A DNA stretch of 64,000 nucleotides from Alphaproteobacteria bacterium UBA1185 (GCA_002310415.1 DBYN01000004.1:64009-128008); one strand, 5' to 3'; shown: positions 47,756 to 58,065, counted from the first letter of the stretch. Numbers and translations are program-made. The notes: a model not told the origin generated them from the letters alone.

Positions 47756-50746
47756 ATGAAAAGGATTACTCTGTTTTTAACTACGTGCCTTGGTCTGTCT
47801 GTATTTCAGACGGCATTATGTGCCGATACGGATTCTGTTCGCGCTGCTACGAAACGTGGTGCAACAAATACTGTCCAAACAAAATCTGTTTCAACCCGTT
47901 CAACAAATACATCATCAAAAAATAATTTGGAACATTCTGAAAACACACGCACATCGACACAGAGTGCCCGAACGGCCACGAATGTACAAAGCCGAACCCC
48001 AACAACACAAAAACAAACGGTAAAGCAACGCGTCTCTGTACCATCCAGACAGGCAAAGACCGTTACTACCCGCACGCAATCTGTTAAACCGACAAATTCT
48101 GTGGTATCACGCACCGCGTCAACAAAAAAGTCAGATACAAAACAAAAATCGACTGCAACCCGCAAAGCGGTAAACAAACAACCAAAACATGTCGGTCGTG
48201 CAACAACATTAAACGAAGAAAAAATCCAAGAAATAAAATCCAAAGATTATTCGAAATGCAGAACTGTATATTGGGAATGTATGGATGAATTTTGTGCTAA
48301 CAAAGATACAAATTTACGTCGTTGCGCATGTTCGAATCGAATTCATGAATTTGACGGTGTCAAAGAAAACTTGTCCAACGCGGAAGAAAAGATGTTTGAA
48401 TTTAATCAACGCTTGCTTATGGTCAATATGGACAAAGAAGACGTTACCGCAATTTCCACCGCAACCGAAGGTGAAGACGCTTCGACAAGCACCGAAGATA
48501 AATCTGATTCGGAATTATTGTTACAAAAGATAACAAGTGCATTGAATAATTCCGATGATTCCAAGATTAAAAATAATTTATCTTCTATTTCGTTAGATTT
48601 AGACATTGAAAACGCGTGGGATACTGTTGATTCCATTGGCGGAATTGCAACATCTGCAAAAACTGGTCTGGCTTTGTATGATGCTGCCCAACCTGTGTGT
48701 CTGGAAATGGCAAAGGAAGTTTGTTCCGAAGAAGAAATGGTCATAACACGCAAAAGTTATGAATTGGCAATCCAACAAGATTGCAACACTGTTAAATCTG
48801 CATACAATTCTAAATACAACGAAACAATCGGAAAAGTTCGCGAAAGTAGCGCTTTGTTGGATATGGCGCGTTTAAACGCGTACCAGCAAAGAAATTCAGA
48901 TGATTTGTTAACCTGTAAACGTAAAATTTTAGATAAATTATCAGATTCTTCGATATGTGGGGAAAAACTTTACAAATGTTTGGATGTCACTGGTCAATAT
49001 ATAAATCCTGCTGATGGGTCTGTATTTTTATCTGAGAATTTGTCTAATTTAACAACATTAATAACGAAACCAACGGATGCCAACGCGAAATGGTCTACTG
49101 TTACAAGCAACGCCCCGTTTGTGTCATTTTTAAATTCTAAACGTGATGCGTTGGAAATCGCGACAGAAAAATGCCAAGATATGGCTGACACGATATGGAA
49201 AGAATTTTTGGATGATGCTTTGGCACAAATTAAATTGGCACAAAATAATAAATTGGAAGAAATTCGTCGTAACTGTACAAAATTGGTAACAGATTGCAAG
49301 AAAGAACAATCACAAAACATCAAAGAATTCGACCAAGATGCATTATTAACGTTTAATGTGTTGGCTGATGCAACTGTGAATGAAATGTGTCGCGATATAA
49401 CGAATGCATGCACTGCATTAATGAATACAACATTTGAGGATGATACATGGGCATCTGGTATAACTGGGGTAGAGGCAGACATATCTTATGAAACGATATT
49501 GGAAACATGTATGGATGTTGGGCGTGTATGTCTGACGCAAAAATGCGCTGGTACATCTGATAATTTCGCATTATGCAAAGAAACCCTTGCCCCCACCCGG
49601 CAAGCGATATTGAAACGTGAATATTGTTGGACCGAGGTTGAAAATTGCGTAAAACAAGCAACAAATTTAAACGCAATTTATGATTACTATACATGGATGC
49701 AAAGTGCAACATTTGGTGATACTCCAAATTGGGCAATCCCAACATTTGATAAACAATATAAGAAAACTTGTGATACAGAAACAGAACCCGAAGGTTCCGC
49801 ATCCCCCGATAAAATAGCATGTTTAATAACACATAAAATCTGGGGTGATTGTAAATTAAATGATATCACCAACACAGAAACTGGCATATTTACCCAGTCG
49901 GGCTGTATATTACCAAAAACCGCCTATAAAACTACTGGCGATTGTAACAACACCATCCCAATCACGAATAATGAAGATACATTATTGGGCATTTTGGCTG
50001 ACGGCACCAGTAACCCGGATTGTGACCTAAACCGGTGCGACATTGGATACGAATATTATCCCAACTATGCCGATCATGACAAATACCCACAATGCTTAAT
50101 TTGTGCACAAAAAATACAGACCACTGACGGCACCCCCACAGACCGCAATAATATCATAGAGGTTACCGAAAATATCACAAACTATTGTAAAAATGGTTGC
50201 GAACGAAAGGATCATTATAGAAATTGTTGTGCCTATACAAACACTTTGTTTGAAGGGTCAAAAGTGGATAACGAAGTTTGTGTTCCAGATTTAGAAGAAT
50301 CACCAGAATACAACGCCCACCATATCCAAACGGTTACTTGTAACGGTGAAGACAAATATTATTGTCCCAATCATGACTCCACTAATCCAAAAAACATAAA
50401 ATTATATTGCATATTACCAACCGATAAAGAGCCCACGTATGATACGGAAACCGATTCTATAACATGTCCCGATGGTTATTGGGTGTTAGTCGACGACCAC
50501 GGCAATTATTTTAATCCTGCAACCAAGGATCTTGATGACAAATGGCAACCAATATCTGAAAAAGGTATGATCATGTCCTATCAACCATCAAAAACAGATC
50601 AACCATGTATAATCATGTTTATTCCAGACCAGCAAGAATGGAATGCTGTGGACCAGCAAGCCTATCCCCTAACCGAATGCACTGTCAACATTAATCCAAA
50701 AAACAGAACCGAAAACAATCATTTTAAAATTAGATTCTATAAATAA
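47756..50746 (+). CDS. Large secreted Cys-rich protein (996 aa) with Thr/Ser/Lys/Arg-rich N-terminal region
   Basis: Signal peptide MKRITLFLTTCLGLSVFQTALCA. A low-complexity region of about 130 aa is followed by an ~830-aa Cys-rich body. No family recognised. Confidence 0.7.
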   Translation: MKRITLFLTTCLGLSVFQTALCADTDSVRAATKRGATNTVQTKSVSTRSTNTSSKNNLEHSENTRTSTQSARTATNVQSRTPTTQKQTVKQRVSVPSRQAKTVTTRTQSVKPTNSVVSRTASTKKSDTKQKSTATRKAVNKQPKHVGRATTLNEEKIQEIKSKDYSKCRTVYWECMDEFCANKDTNLRRCACSNRIHEFDGVKENLSNAEEKMFEFNQRLLMVNMDKEDVTAISTATEGEDASTSTEDKSDSELLLQKITSALNNSDDSKIKNNLSSISLDLDIENAWDTVDSIGGIATSAKTGLALYDAAQPVCLEMAKEVCSEEEMVITRKSYELAIQQDCNTVKSAYNSKYNETIGKVRESSALLDMARLNAYQQRNSDDLLTCKRKILDKLSDSSICGEKLYKCLDVTGQYINPADGSVFLSENLSNLTTLITKPTDANAKWSTVTSNAPFVSFLNSKRDALEIATEKCQDMADTIWKEFLDDALAQIKLAQNNKLEEIRRNCTKLVTDCKKEQSQNIKEFDQDALLTFNVLADATVNEMCRDITNACTALMNTTFEDDTWASGITGVEADISYETILETCMDVGRVCLTQKCAGTSDNFALCKETLAPTRQAILKREYCWTEVENCVKQATNLNAIYDYYTWMQSATFGDTPNWAIPTFDKQYKKTCDTETEPEGSASPDKIACLITHKIWGDCKLNDITNTETGIFTQSGCILPKTAYKTTGDCNNTIPITNNEDTLLGILADGTSNPDCDLNRCDIGYEYYPNYADHDKYPQCLICAQKIQTTDGTPTDRNNIIEVTENITNYCKNGCERKDHYRNCCAYTNTLFEGSKVDNEVCVPDLEESPEYNAHHIQTVTCNGEDKYYCPNHDSTNPKNIKLYCILPTDKEPTYDTETDSITCPDGYWVLVDDHGNYFNPATKDLDDKWQPISEKGMIMSYQPSKTDQPCIIMFIPDQQEWNAVDQQAYPLTECTVNINPKNRTENNHFKIRFYK

Positions 50747-50844
50747 CAAGACAACATCGCCTTAAATAATAATTTTTCCCGTCCAATTCGGCATAAGTGT
50801 CAGATTGTTTCGGGAAATCGTCCCCCCTGTGCATGACAAACAAA

Positions 50845-51363
50845 TTATATGTTTATCGTCTTGATTACAGATTTTATTGTCTTTAATTGTTCATCATCAA
50901 ATTTACCCAACACCCAATCAACTGGCGATATTTGGGAACCAAAATCATGTGGATGCCCAATACCGATTCTGATGCGTTTATAATCACCACCAACTGCAGA
51001 ATCTATTGATTTTATACCGTTATGCCCCGCACTGCTGCCACCAATTTTTTCACGTTTTTCACCCAGTTTTATATCCATATCGTCATGAATTACGATTAAA
51101 TTTTCCAACGGAATTTTATAAAAAGTCATCAATGGCAATACCGCATCACCACTGTTATTCATAAAAGTTTGTGGTTTTGCCAAAATAATTTTTTTTCCAT
51201 CAATCTCACAGCGTGTTGTTAACGCATTTTTTTCTTTTTTCCATACACTATCATTTGGTGCCAGTACATCCACAGCCATAAATCCAACATTATGACGTGT
51301 GTTTTCGTATTCTTTTCCTGGATTTCCTAATCCAACAATTAAAACAGGTTTATTTTCTTGCAT
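50845..51363 (-). CDS. pth: Peptidyl-tRNA hydrolase
   Basis: Motifs LIVGLGNPGKEYENTRHNVGF and GHNGIKSI. Confidence 0.93.
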   Translation of the reverse strand: MQENKPVLIVGLGNPGKEYENTRHNVGFMAVDVLAPNDSVWKKEKNALTTRCEIDGKKIILAKPQTFMNNSGDAVLPLMTFYKIPLENLIVIHDDMDIKLGEKREKIGGSSAGHNGIKSIDSAVGGDYKRIRIGIGHPHDFGSQISPVDWVLGKFDDEQLKTIKSVIKTINI

Positions 51364-51410
51364 GTTACGCCCTTTGTTTTATACTATGATATCATATAAA
51401 GGAGAAAAAT

Positions 51411-51968
51411 ATGAAAATAAATTCAATATCTTTAATTTCTGTTTTAACTTTGTTGACTGGAACTGCATCTGCAACTGCTGGTGTGATGGCTGATTTCTAT
51501 ATCGGTGGTATGGTTGGTGCTGGTGGTCAAACCATTTTTACCAAAGATAACGATAAAACAGATTCGGCAACGTTATTTGGCGCAAACGTCGGTATTGATA
51601 TCCCACTTTTCAGATTAGAAGCAGAATATAATTATCTGAAATCCGCCGATTTATACACAAATGCAGGTATGGTAAACGCTATGTTCAAAGTACCATCTAC
51701 ACTTATCCAACCATATTTTGGTGTGGGTGCTGGTATGATATTTGATGGTAAACATACACCAACGACAAACATTGAATACAAAATTGATTCAACTGCCGCA
51801 TACCAAGCAATGTTGGGTGCAACGATTGATGTGTTGGCTTTGCCGATTAAATTTGACATCGAAGGTCATGCTTTGTACGTACCAGACATTTACGAAATAC
51901 CAGGCACAAACACAACACCAGATATGTTGCAATATAACATTCGTTTAAAAGCAAGATTTATATTCTAA
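51411..51968 (+). CDS. Small outer-membrane beta-barrel protein (OmpA-like/opacity-type fold)
   Basis: Signal peptide, alternating strand pattern, and C-terminal RLKARFIF. Strong SD AAAGGAG. Confidence 0.75.
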   Translation: MKINSISLISVLTLLTGTASATAGVMADFYIGGMVGAGGQTIFTKDNDKTDSATLFGANVGIDIPLFRLEAEYNYLKSADLYTNAGMVNAMFKVPSTLIQPYFGVGAGMIFDGKHTPTTNIEYKIDSTAAYQAMLGATIDVLALPIKFDIEGHALYVPDIYEIPGTNTTPDMLQYNIRLKARFIF

Positions 51969-51982
51969 GGAATAATTTATAA

Positions 51983-54757
51983 ATGATAACTTTGATTGAC
52001 GGAAACTCTTTGGTATTTCGTGCATATTACGGCATGCATGGTAATCTTACGCGCAGCGATGGTATGCCGATTGGCGCAGTATATGGCTTTTTCAATATGA
52101 TTCTGCCACTACTTGCGCAAACCAAAGAAAACGATTCTGTGATTTGTGTGTTTGATGCTTCCAGAATCTCTTTTCGCCAAGATATTTATCCAGAATACAA
52201 AACAAACCGAAGCGAAACACCGGCTGATTTAATTCAACAATCTGAATTAATTCGAATCGGTGCACATGCTATGGGTATACCTGTATTATGTATTCCTGGT
52301 GTCGAAGCAGACGATGTTATCGCAACAATAGCAACTCAAAACTGCGACCAATCAAACAGCACCCGTATCATTACTGGCGACAAAGATTTAATGCAATTGG
52401 TGTCAGATTGTGTATTTTTGTATGACGGTATGAAACAACGTGAAATTCACGAAACGCAGGTTTTTGAAAAATTTGGTGTTAAACCGTCTCAGGTTATTGA
52501 TGTCCAATCATTAATGGGCGATTCGACTGATAATGTTCCGGGGGTTCCGGGGGTTGGACCCAAAACAGCAACTGATTTAATTTCAACTTTTGGTACATTG
52601 GATAATTTATACGCAAATCTTGATTCTGTTAAAAATGAACGTATTCGTAATTTATTGCACGATAACAAAGAGATGGCATATATATCAAAAAAATTAGTAA
52701 CTTTGAAACGCGATGTTGATTTGGACGGTTTGTTGATAAAGCCATTTCAATTTAACAAACAGTCAGCACTGGATTTTGTTCAAAATAAAATAGAAAGCAA
52801 AGCATTAGTTGCAAAAATAGAGAAATTATTTCCAAATAATCCTATGCAACCAACACAACCGGTTCCAGAATATTCTAAATCTGTGTGTCCATTTGTTGAA
52901 ATCCCAGAAATCCAAAACACTAAAAATACTAATTTAAACGAAATGGATATCAAAACCATCACAACAGAATCAGAATTAGATGAATTTTTATCACACGTAA
53001 CGAATAAACTTGCTTTTGATACAGAAACAACCGGATTAAACCAAACAGAAGACAAACTTGTTGGTTTGTCTTTGGCGTACGATGATTCGCATGGTGCCTA
53101 TATTCCGATTCGACATATTACTCGGTCTATGGATTTGTTTGGCAAAGATAACTTGGCACCAAATCAATTATCGATAGAATTGGTATATAAAAAACTTTGG
53201 CCAATATTTACAGATAAAAATGTTACTAAACTTGCACATAATTTAAAATATGATTTGCATATTTTGGCTAACGAAAGTTGGGATATAACAAAAATTTATC
53301 CATTTGACGACACAATGCTATTGTCTTATATTTTACATGGAACATTGCATGGACATGGTCTGGATGAATTAGCCGAAAAATATCTTAATCACACAAACAT
53401 AAAATTCAGTGATTTATTTGATGCAAAAATCAAAGACGCAGACAGACATTTTGATACCCTGCCCATTGATGTGGCGGCAAAGTATTCTGGTGAAGATTCT
53501 ATCGTGTGTATGGCACTTTATAATTTAATGCGTCCAGAATTGGATGAAAATAAAGACTTGCGTAAATTATATAAAACCTGCGATTTACCTTTGTGCTTGG
53601 TGCTTTGTATAATGGAAAGAAATGGCGTTGCGGTCAACAGGGACAGATTAAATCAATTATCATCGGTTTTTCATAATCAATTATCAAAACTGGAATCTGA
53701 AATATATGAATTGGCAGGACATGAATTTAATATCGGAAGTCCTAAACAACTTGCAACTGTATTATTTGATGAATTAAAATTAACATCTGGTAAAAAACGT
53801 TCCACAGATGCAGATACATTAAATGATTTAATTGAAACGCATCCAATAATTGAAAAAATATTAAATTGGCGGTCAGTCGCAAAATTGGCGGGCACTTATG
53901 CAGATGCACTGCCACATCAGATTGCCAAAGATGGACGTATACATACAACTTATTTACAAACAAGCACTAATACAGGTCGCCTTTCCAGTCGCAATCCAAA
54001 TTTACAAAACATTCCAATAAAGACAGAACTTGGCGAAGAAATAAGGAAATGTTTTGTCGCCGAACCCGGCAATTTGTTTATTGGTATAGATTATTCTCAA
54101 ATTCAACTGCGATTATTGGCAGATGTCGCAAATGTTGCGGTGTTCAAAGAAACTTTTAATGCGGGTCTGGATATACATGAACAAACTGCACGCAAAATAT
54201 TTAATATTCCAGATGATAAACCTGTACCAAAAGATTTAAGACGTGCTGCCAAGACAATTAATTTTTCAATTGTGTACGGTATATCTTCTTGGGGATTGGC
54301 AAGTCAATTAAATACTACGCGTGATGAAGCAACAAAGATTATAGATTCTTATATGTCAAGATTACCCGAAATCAAAACATATATTAAATATATAACTGAT
54401 TTTGTATTAGAAAACCATTGTGTTTATACACCTTGGCATCGCAAAATTGAAATTCCCGAGGCATCAAATCCGCGCATGCGTGGATATGCAATACGTGCCG
54501 CGATAAATGCGCCTATCCAAGGTTTCGAAGCGGACATTATGCGACGTGCCATGATAAATATATATAATAATATTATTGTTCCGAATAAAAACGATATAAA
54601 AATGTTATTACAAGTTCACGATGAAATCGTGTTTGAATGCACAGAAAAACAAGCGGAACATTTTGCAACATTAATTAAACATGAAATGGAAACAGTAACA
54701 AAATTATCTGTTCCATTATTAGCAGAAGCCACCATCGCACCAATCTGGGATAAATAA
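51983..54757 (+). CDS. polA: DNA polymerase I
   Basis: 5'-3' exonuclease N-terminus (LIDGNSLVFRAYYG), 3'-5' exonuclease region (LAFDTETTGL), and polymerase motifs IGIDYSQIQLRLLA and LLQVHDEIVFE. Confidence 0.97.
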   Translation: MITLIDGNSLVFRAYYGMHGNLTRSDGMPIGAVYGFFNMILPLLAQTKENDSVICVFDASRISFRQDIYPEYKTNRSETPADLIQQSELIRIGAHAMGIPVLCIPGVEADDVIATIATQNCDQSNSTRIITGDKDLMQLVSDCVFLYDGMKQREIHETQVFEKFGVKPSQVIDVQSLMGDSTDNVPGVPGVGPKTATDLISTFGTLDNLYANLDSVKNERIRNLLHDNKEMAYISKKLVTLKRDVDLDGLLIKPFQFNKQSALDFVQNKIESKALVAKIEKLFPNNPMQPTQPVPEYSKSVCPFVEIPEIQNTKNTNLNEMDIKTITTESELDEFLSHVTNKLAFDTETTGLNQTEDKLVGLSLAYDDSHGAYIPIRHITRSMDLFGKDNLAPNQLSIELVYKKLWPIFTDKNVTKLAHNLKYDLHILANESWDITKIYPFDDTMLLSYILHGTLHGHGLDELAEKYLNHTNIKFSDLFDAKIKDADRHFDTLPIDVAAKYSGEDSIVCMALYNLMRPELDENKDLRKLYKTCDLPLCLVLCIMERNGVAVNRDRLNQLSSVFHNQLSKLESEIYELAGHEFNIGSPKQLATVLFDELKLTSGKKRSTDADTLNDLIETHPIIEKILNWRSVAKLAGTYADALPHQIAKDGRIHTTYLQTSTNTGRLSSRNPNLQNIPIKTELGEEIRKCFVAEPGNLFIGIDYSQIQLRLLADVANVAVFKETFNAGLDIHEQTARKIFNIPDDKPVPKDLRRAAKTINFSIVYGISSWGLASQLNTTRDEATKIIDSYMSRLPEIKTYIKYITDFVLENHCVYTPWHRKIEIPEASNPRMRGYAIRAAINAPIQGFEADIMRRAMINIYNNIIVPNKNDIKMLLQVHDEIVFECTEKQAEHFATLIKHEMETVTKLSVPLLAEATIAPIWDK

Positions 54758-54790
54758 AAATTTTTAATCAAACAATATCAACGGTAACAA

Positions 54791-57691
54791 TTATTCACCT
54801 GATGATATTACGTCTGTGGCTTCGTATACACCACTTTTGGCGATAATACGTAATGTATGCCCACTGGATAACTGGGTTGGTTCGGATGGATTCGCAGCCG
54901 TCAAATTGATATAATATACATTGCCATTTGAACCTTTTACTGATAATGCTTTTTGTGTTTTATGCCCAAAATCTATCAAACACATCGGCGCACTTAACAC
55001 AGACACTTCTACTGTTTTACACGCACACACTTCAACTGATTGTAATGTACCAAATGCCTGTGAACCAGTAATTGTTTCTGCATCTATTTGTGATATTAAT
55101 GAAGATATGTCTTGCCCAAAATAATCGTCCCAATAATTATCATCTGGGTTAGAATATGGATTTTCCGCCGAAGAATCTATACATTTTGCTTTTAATTCTG
55201 CAGAAAACACACCCGCATATGCTGATACTACATCATTACGGTTGGTAAAAAACGGCAACGACACATCCAACAAATCCCCATGATTACGCACATTCACCAA
55301 TGTGGAACAATCCGTATATCTTTTACCCGCTGCATTATAAGTATCCGCATTATAACGACACGTCATATAAGAAATTCCAGCAGTATCATAATCACAAGCC
55401 GGAAATTGACTTAACATTGCTTCTACTTCTTCGTCTTCACAACTCATATCAAACACCATTGGTGCCAATTCTGGCTCTTCTGCACATATCGCTCTGATCA
55501 TGCAAACCTCAAAAAGCATATAAGTTTCTTCAGTAAGAGTAAATTGCGTAGAAATGCATTCATCAAGACTTTGGGCGCCATCACCATTTAAATCAAACCA
55601 TGCACGTTCTAAACCCATTAAACCATCAATATATTTATTAGCCGGACAATCAAATTCCCATTTTGCCCAATATTCTTCATTTGCCCCAGAATCTATTGTT
55701 ACATCATACGAACAATCTGTTAATTCTGCATCTGTACACCAACCAACAAAATTATATCCATCTTTGGTTGGTTGTTTCAAATTAATCGGCAGATTTTCGT
55801 CGGTATATTTTGACGGATTGTCTTGAGTATTCACCCCACCATTCAAATGATATGTAATAGTATAAGCCCTGATACATTCGGTTGAATTCGAATTACCTGC
55901 GTAATCATCCGGACACTTGTATATGGCACCGAATGTTGGGCATGTTTCGACAGATTTATCACACGCCACACACTTCTTGGCACCGGTATCATATTTAAAT
56001 TCTTTTCTACAATACAAATAATCAGAATCAACACACGAAACATGATTATCATAATCATCGTTAAACACATCTTCAAACCCAGTAATTGCCTGATGCGTCC
56101 CAGACGGGCAAGATTCTATGAATTCGGTGCCAAAAAACACATTATACATATGATTAGATGCTGGCTCACCCGTTTCAGCGTTTATATTATCAATACCCGC
56201 AAACAATGTTGGTGGAATGTAATGATTTCGTCCCAAATTCCAACACCAACCAAAAGTATAACCAAAAGGACTCCAAGAATTATAATCAGTGCTAAGTGCA
56301 CCCGATATACCACTGAACAAATTTGCTGGTACCGGACCAATCAAATGATCACAACTTGCAAAAGTATTCGCAAACATACTGGATGCCGGTTGCCCTTTTA
56401 TACCGCTGAATAAACTTCCTGGTATTGTTCCGTTTAAATTGTCGCAACCTTCAAATGTGCTTTGAAACATTCCTTTTGCCGGCTGTCCTTCTATACCACT
56501 AAACAATGTTGGTGGTATTGCATAATATACAGTATCATTTTCTGTTGAATTTGTCTCATCCACTATATCTGTATGGGTTAAATTTCTACAATCTTCAAAT
56601 GTACCAGAAAACATACTATCCGCCGGTTGTCCTTCTATACCACTGAACAAGCTTCCTGGTATCGGACCAGTTAAATTTCTACAATTATGAAATGTAGCCT
56701 CAAACATTTGCGATGCCGGTTGACCATCTATGCCACTGAATAAACTTCCTGGTATTGTACCAGTTAAATTTTCACAATTATAAAATGTCGAGTAAAACAT
56801 ATAAGCGGATATTTGACCAGACACACCACTAAACAACGTTGGCGGAATCGCATAATTCATACCAGGATTATTTGGGTCCGGAATATCTGTCCCAATTAAA
56901 TTGGTACAATTAGCAAAAGTACTACCAAACATATGTTTTACTGGTGTACCACTAAATATCTGTCCCAAAGAACCATATATTTTACGAACTTTCGCACGAA
57001 CAACCGATGCACTCGCCGTTGAAACATCGGATGTATTTGCTGGCGTTCCAGACCAATAATGACCACCAAAACTAATTACCGGTTCTGGAAATTCAGCGGA
57101 TGTGTTATATGCGGTTGCCTGCCCCCCCAATCGTATCATATATGATGTTGAAGAACCTGTATATTTATGTGCATAGGTCTGAGTAGATGTTGTATTTAAA
57201 TTGGCCGTTAACCGCTCAATATCACCATCGCCCCAATCAATCCAAAATTCACCTGCGGCACCGATTTGAAATCCAAAATAATCATTATTATTATCATTTG
57301 CGACAATATTTATGATGTCCATTTTGAATTTATCTTGTTCCCACATAGCAATATACGTTGTATTACTGGTCAAATTATTCGGTATAGTCCATCTTACCAG
57401 TGTTTTTGAACCTGTTGTTTCCAACCCAACACGATTGGTTGAACAGGTATCTTGTCCATTAACACTCGCATAATGTGCCGAATCACACCATCCGGTAAAT
57501 ATATAATTGTCTTTAATCGGATTTGCGGGAACAACCGCATTTTCTGATGTTTCTATTTGATACACCGAATCATTATTACCTGGTAAATGTCCACCATTTA
57601 AATTATACGTAATTGTAACACCAAATGATGACGTTATTGATGTCATAAATACAAAAATACTGAATAAATATAACTTTATATTATGAAACAT
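54791..57691 (-). CDS. Giant secreted repeat surface protein, paralog B (966 aa)
   Basis: About 165 N-terminal aa and about 70 C-terminal aa are close to paralog A, including exact DNA runs of 69 nt and 65 nt. The middle differs: ~34-aa LRR-like units and a second Flg_new-like segment (YTITYHLNGGVNTQ...GYNFVGWCTD). Confidence 0.85.
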   Translation of the reverse strand: MFHNIKLYLFSIFVFMTSITSSFGVTITYNLNGGHLPGNNDSVYQIETSENAVVPANPIKDNYIFTGWCDSAHYASVNGQDTCSTNRVGLETTGSKTLVRWTIPNNLTSNTTYIAMWEQDKFKMDIINIVANDNNNDYFGFQIGAAGEFWIDWGDGDIERLTANLNTTSTQTYAHKYTGSSTSYMIRLGGQATAYNTSAEFPEPVISFGGHYWSGTPANTSDVSTASASVVRAKVRKIYGSLGQIFSGTPVKHMFGSTFANCTNLIGTDIPDPNNPGMNYAIPPTLFSGVSGQISAYMFYSTFYNCENLTGTIPGSLFSGIDGQPASQMFEATFHNCRNLTGPIPGSLFSGIEGQPADSMFSGTFEDCRNLTHTDIVDETNSTENDTVYYAIPPTLFSGIEGQPAKGMFQSTFEGCDNLNGTIPGSLFSGIKGQPASSMFANTFASCDHLIGPVPANLFSGISGALSTDYNSWSPFGYTFGWCWNLGRNHYIPPTLFAGIDNINAETGEPASNHMYNVFFGTEFIESCPSGTHQAITGFEDVFNDDYDNHVSCVDSDYLYCRKEFKYDTGAKKCVACDKSVETCPTFGAIYKCPDDYAGNSNSTECIRAYTITYHLNGGVNTQDNPSKYTDENLPINLKQPTKDGYNFVGWCTDAELTDCSYDVTIDSGANEEYWAKWEFDCPANKYIDGLMGLERAWFDLNGDGAQSLDECISTQFTLTEETYMLFEVCMIRAICAEEPELAPMVFDMSCEDEEVEAMLSQFPACDYDTAGISYMTCRYNADTYNAAGKRYTDCSTLVNVRNHGDLLDVSLPFFTNRNDVVSAYAGVFSAELKAKCIDSSAENPYSNPDDNYWDDYFGQDISSLISQIDAETITGSQAFGTLQSVEVCACKTVEVSVLSAPMCLIDFGHKTQKALSVKGSNGNVYYINLTAANPSEPTQLSSGHTLRIIAKSGVYEATDVISSGE
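56170..56990 (-). repeat. About seven tandem ~34-aa coding repeats (IPGSLFSGI-GQPA--MF--TF--C-NLTG)
   Basis: The repeated peptide pattern was read from the translation. It resembles BspA/DUF285-type leucine-rich repeats. Confidence 0.7.
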
Positions 57692-57751
57692 ATTCTTCCC
57701 CTTTCCTAAGAATTCTGCGGATTATATTCACTTCATAAACATTAAAGCAAA

Positions 57752-57913
57752 AAGGTACCTTTAATTTTTACGTTCAAAACAAAAAATCGTCAATAAAATA
57801 TCAGCGATAAAAATCGCTGTATCTCAATAAATCCGCGGGATTTAGAGAATTAATGTCAAAAATCATTAAAAAATATAAAAGTATAAAAAAATATGTTGAA
57901 TTAAAGGTACCTT
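57752..57913. promoter_or_regulatory. Invertible DNA switch, copy B: perfect 15-bp IRs (57752-57766, 57899-57913) flanking a 132-bp core (57767-57898)
   Basis: The core is the reverse complement of 9744-9875 (126/132), and the flanks are co-linear with copy A. The core contains hairpin CAGCGAT-AAAA-ATCGCTG and palindrome AAATCC-GCG-GGATTT. Confidence 0.8.
57765..57793 (-). promoter_or_regulatory. Candidate core-borne promoter TTGACG-17-TAAAAA facing gene B
   Basis: The -35 is the rc of 57788-57793 and the -10 is the rc of 57765-57770. The same element (TTGACA, 9849-9877) points away from gene A at copy A. The -10 is weak because it lacks the final T. Confidence 0.35.
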
Positions 57914-58065
57914 AAAACTTTATACTGCCCACCAAACCACGCTGATTTCCGGGATTATTCCAGACACCAATTCTCCCCTTTGGGGGAGTACGGCGCAGCC
58001 GGGAGGGAGGTTGTTCTCCCCCAAAAGGGAGGGGTACGAGTAGTACAAACAAGAACAGAAAAAAC

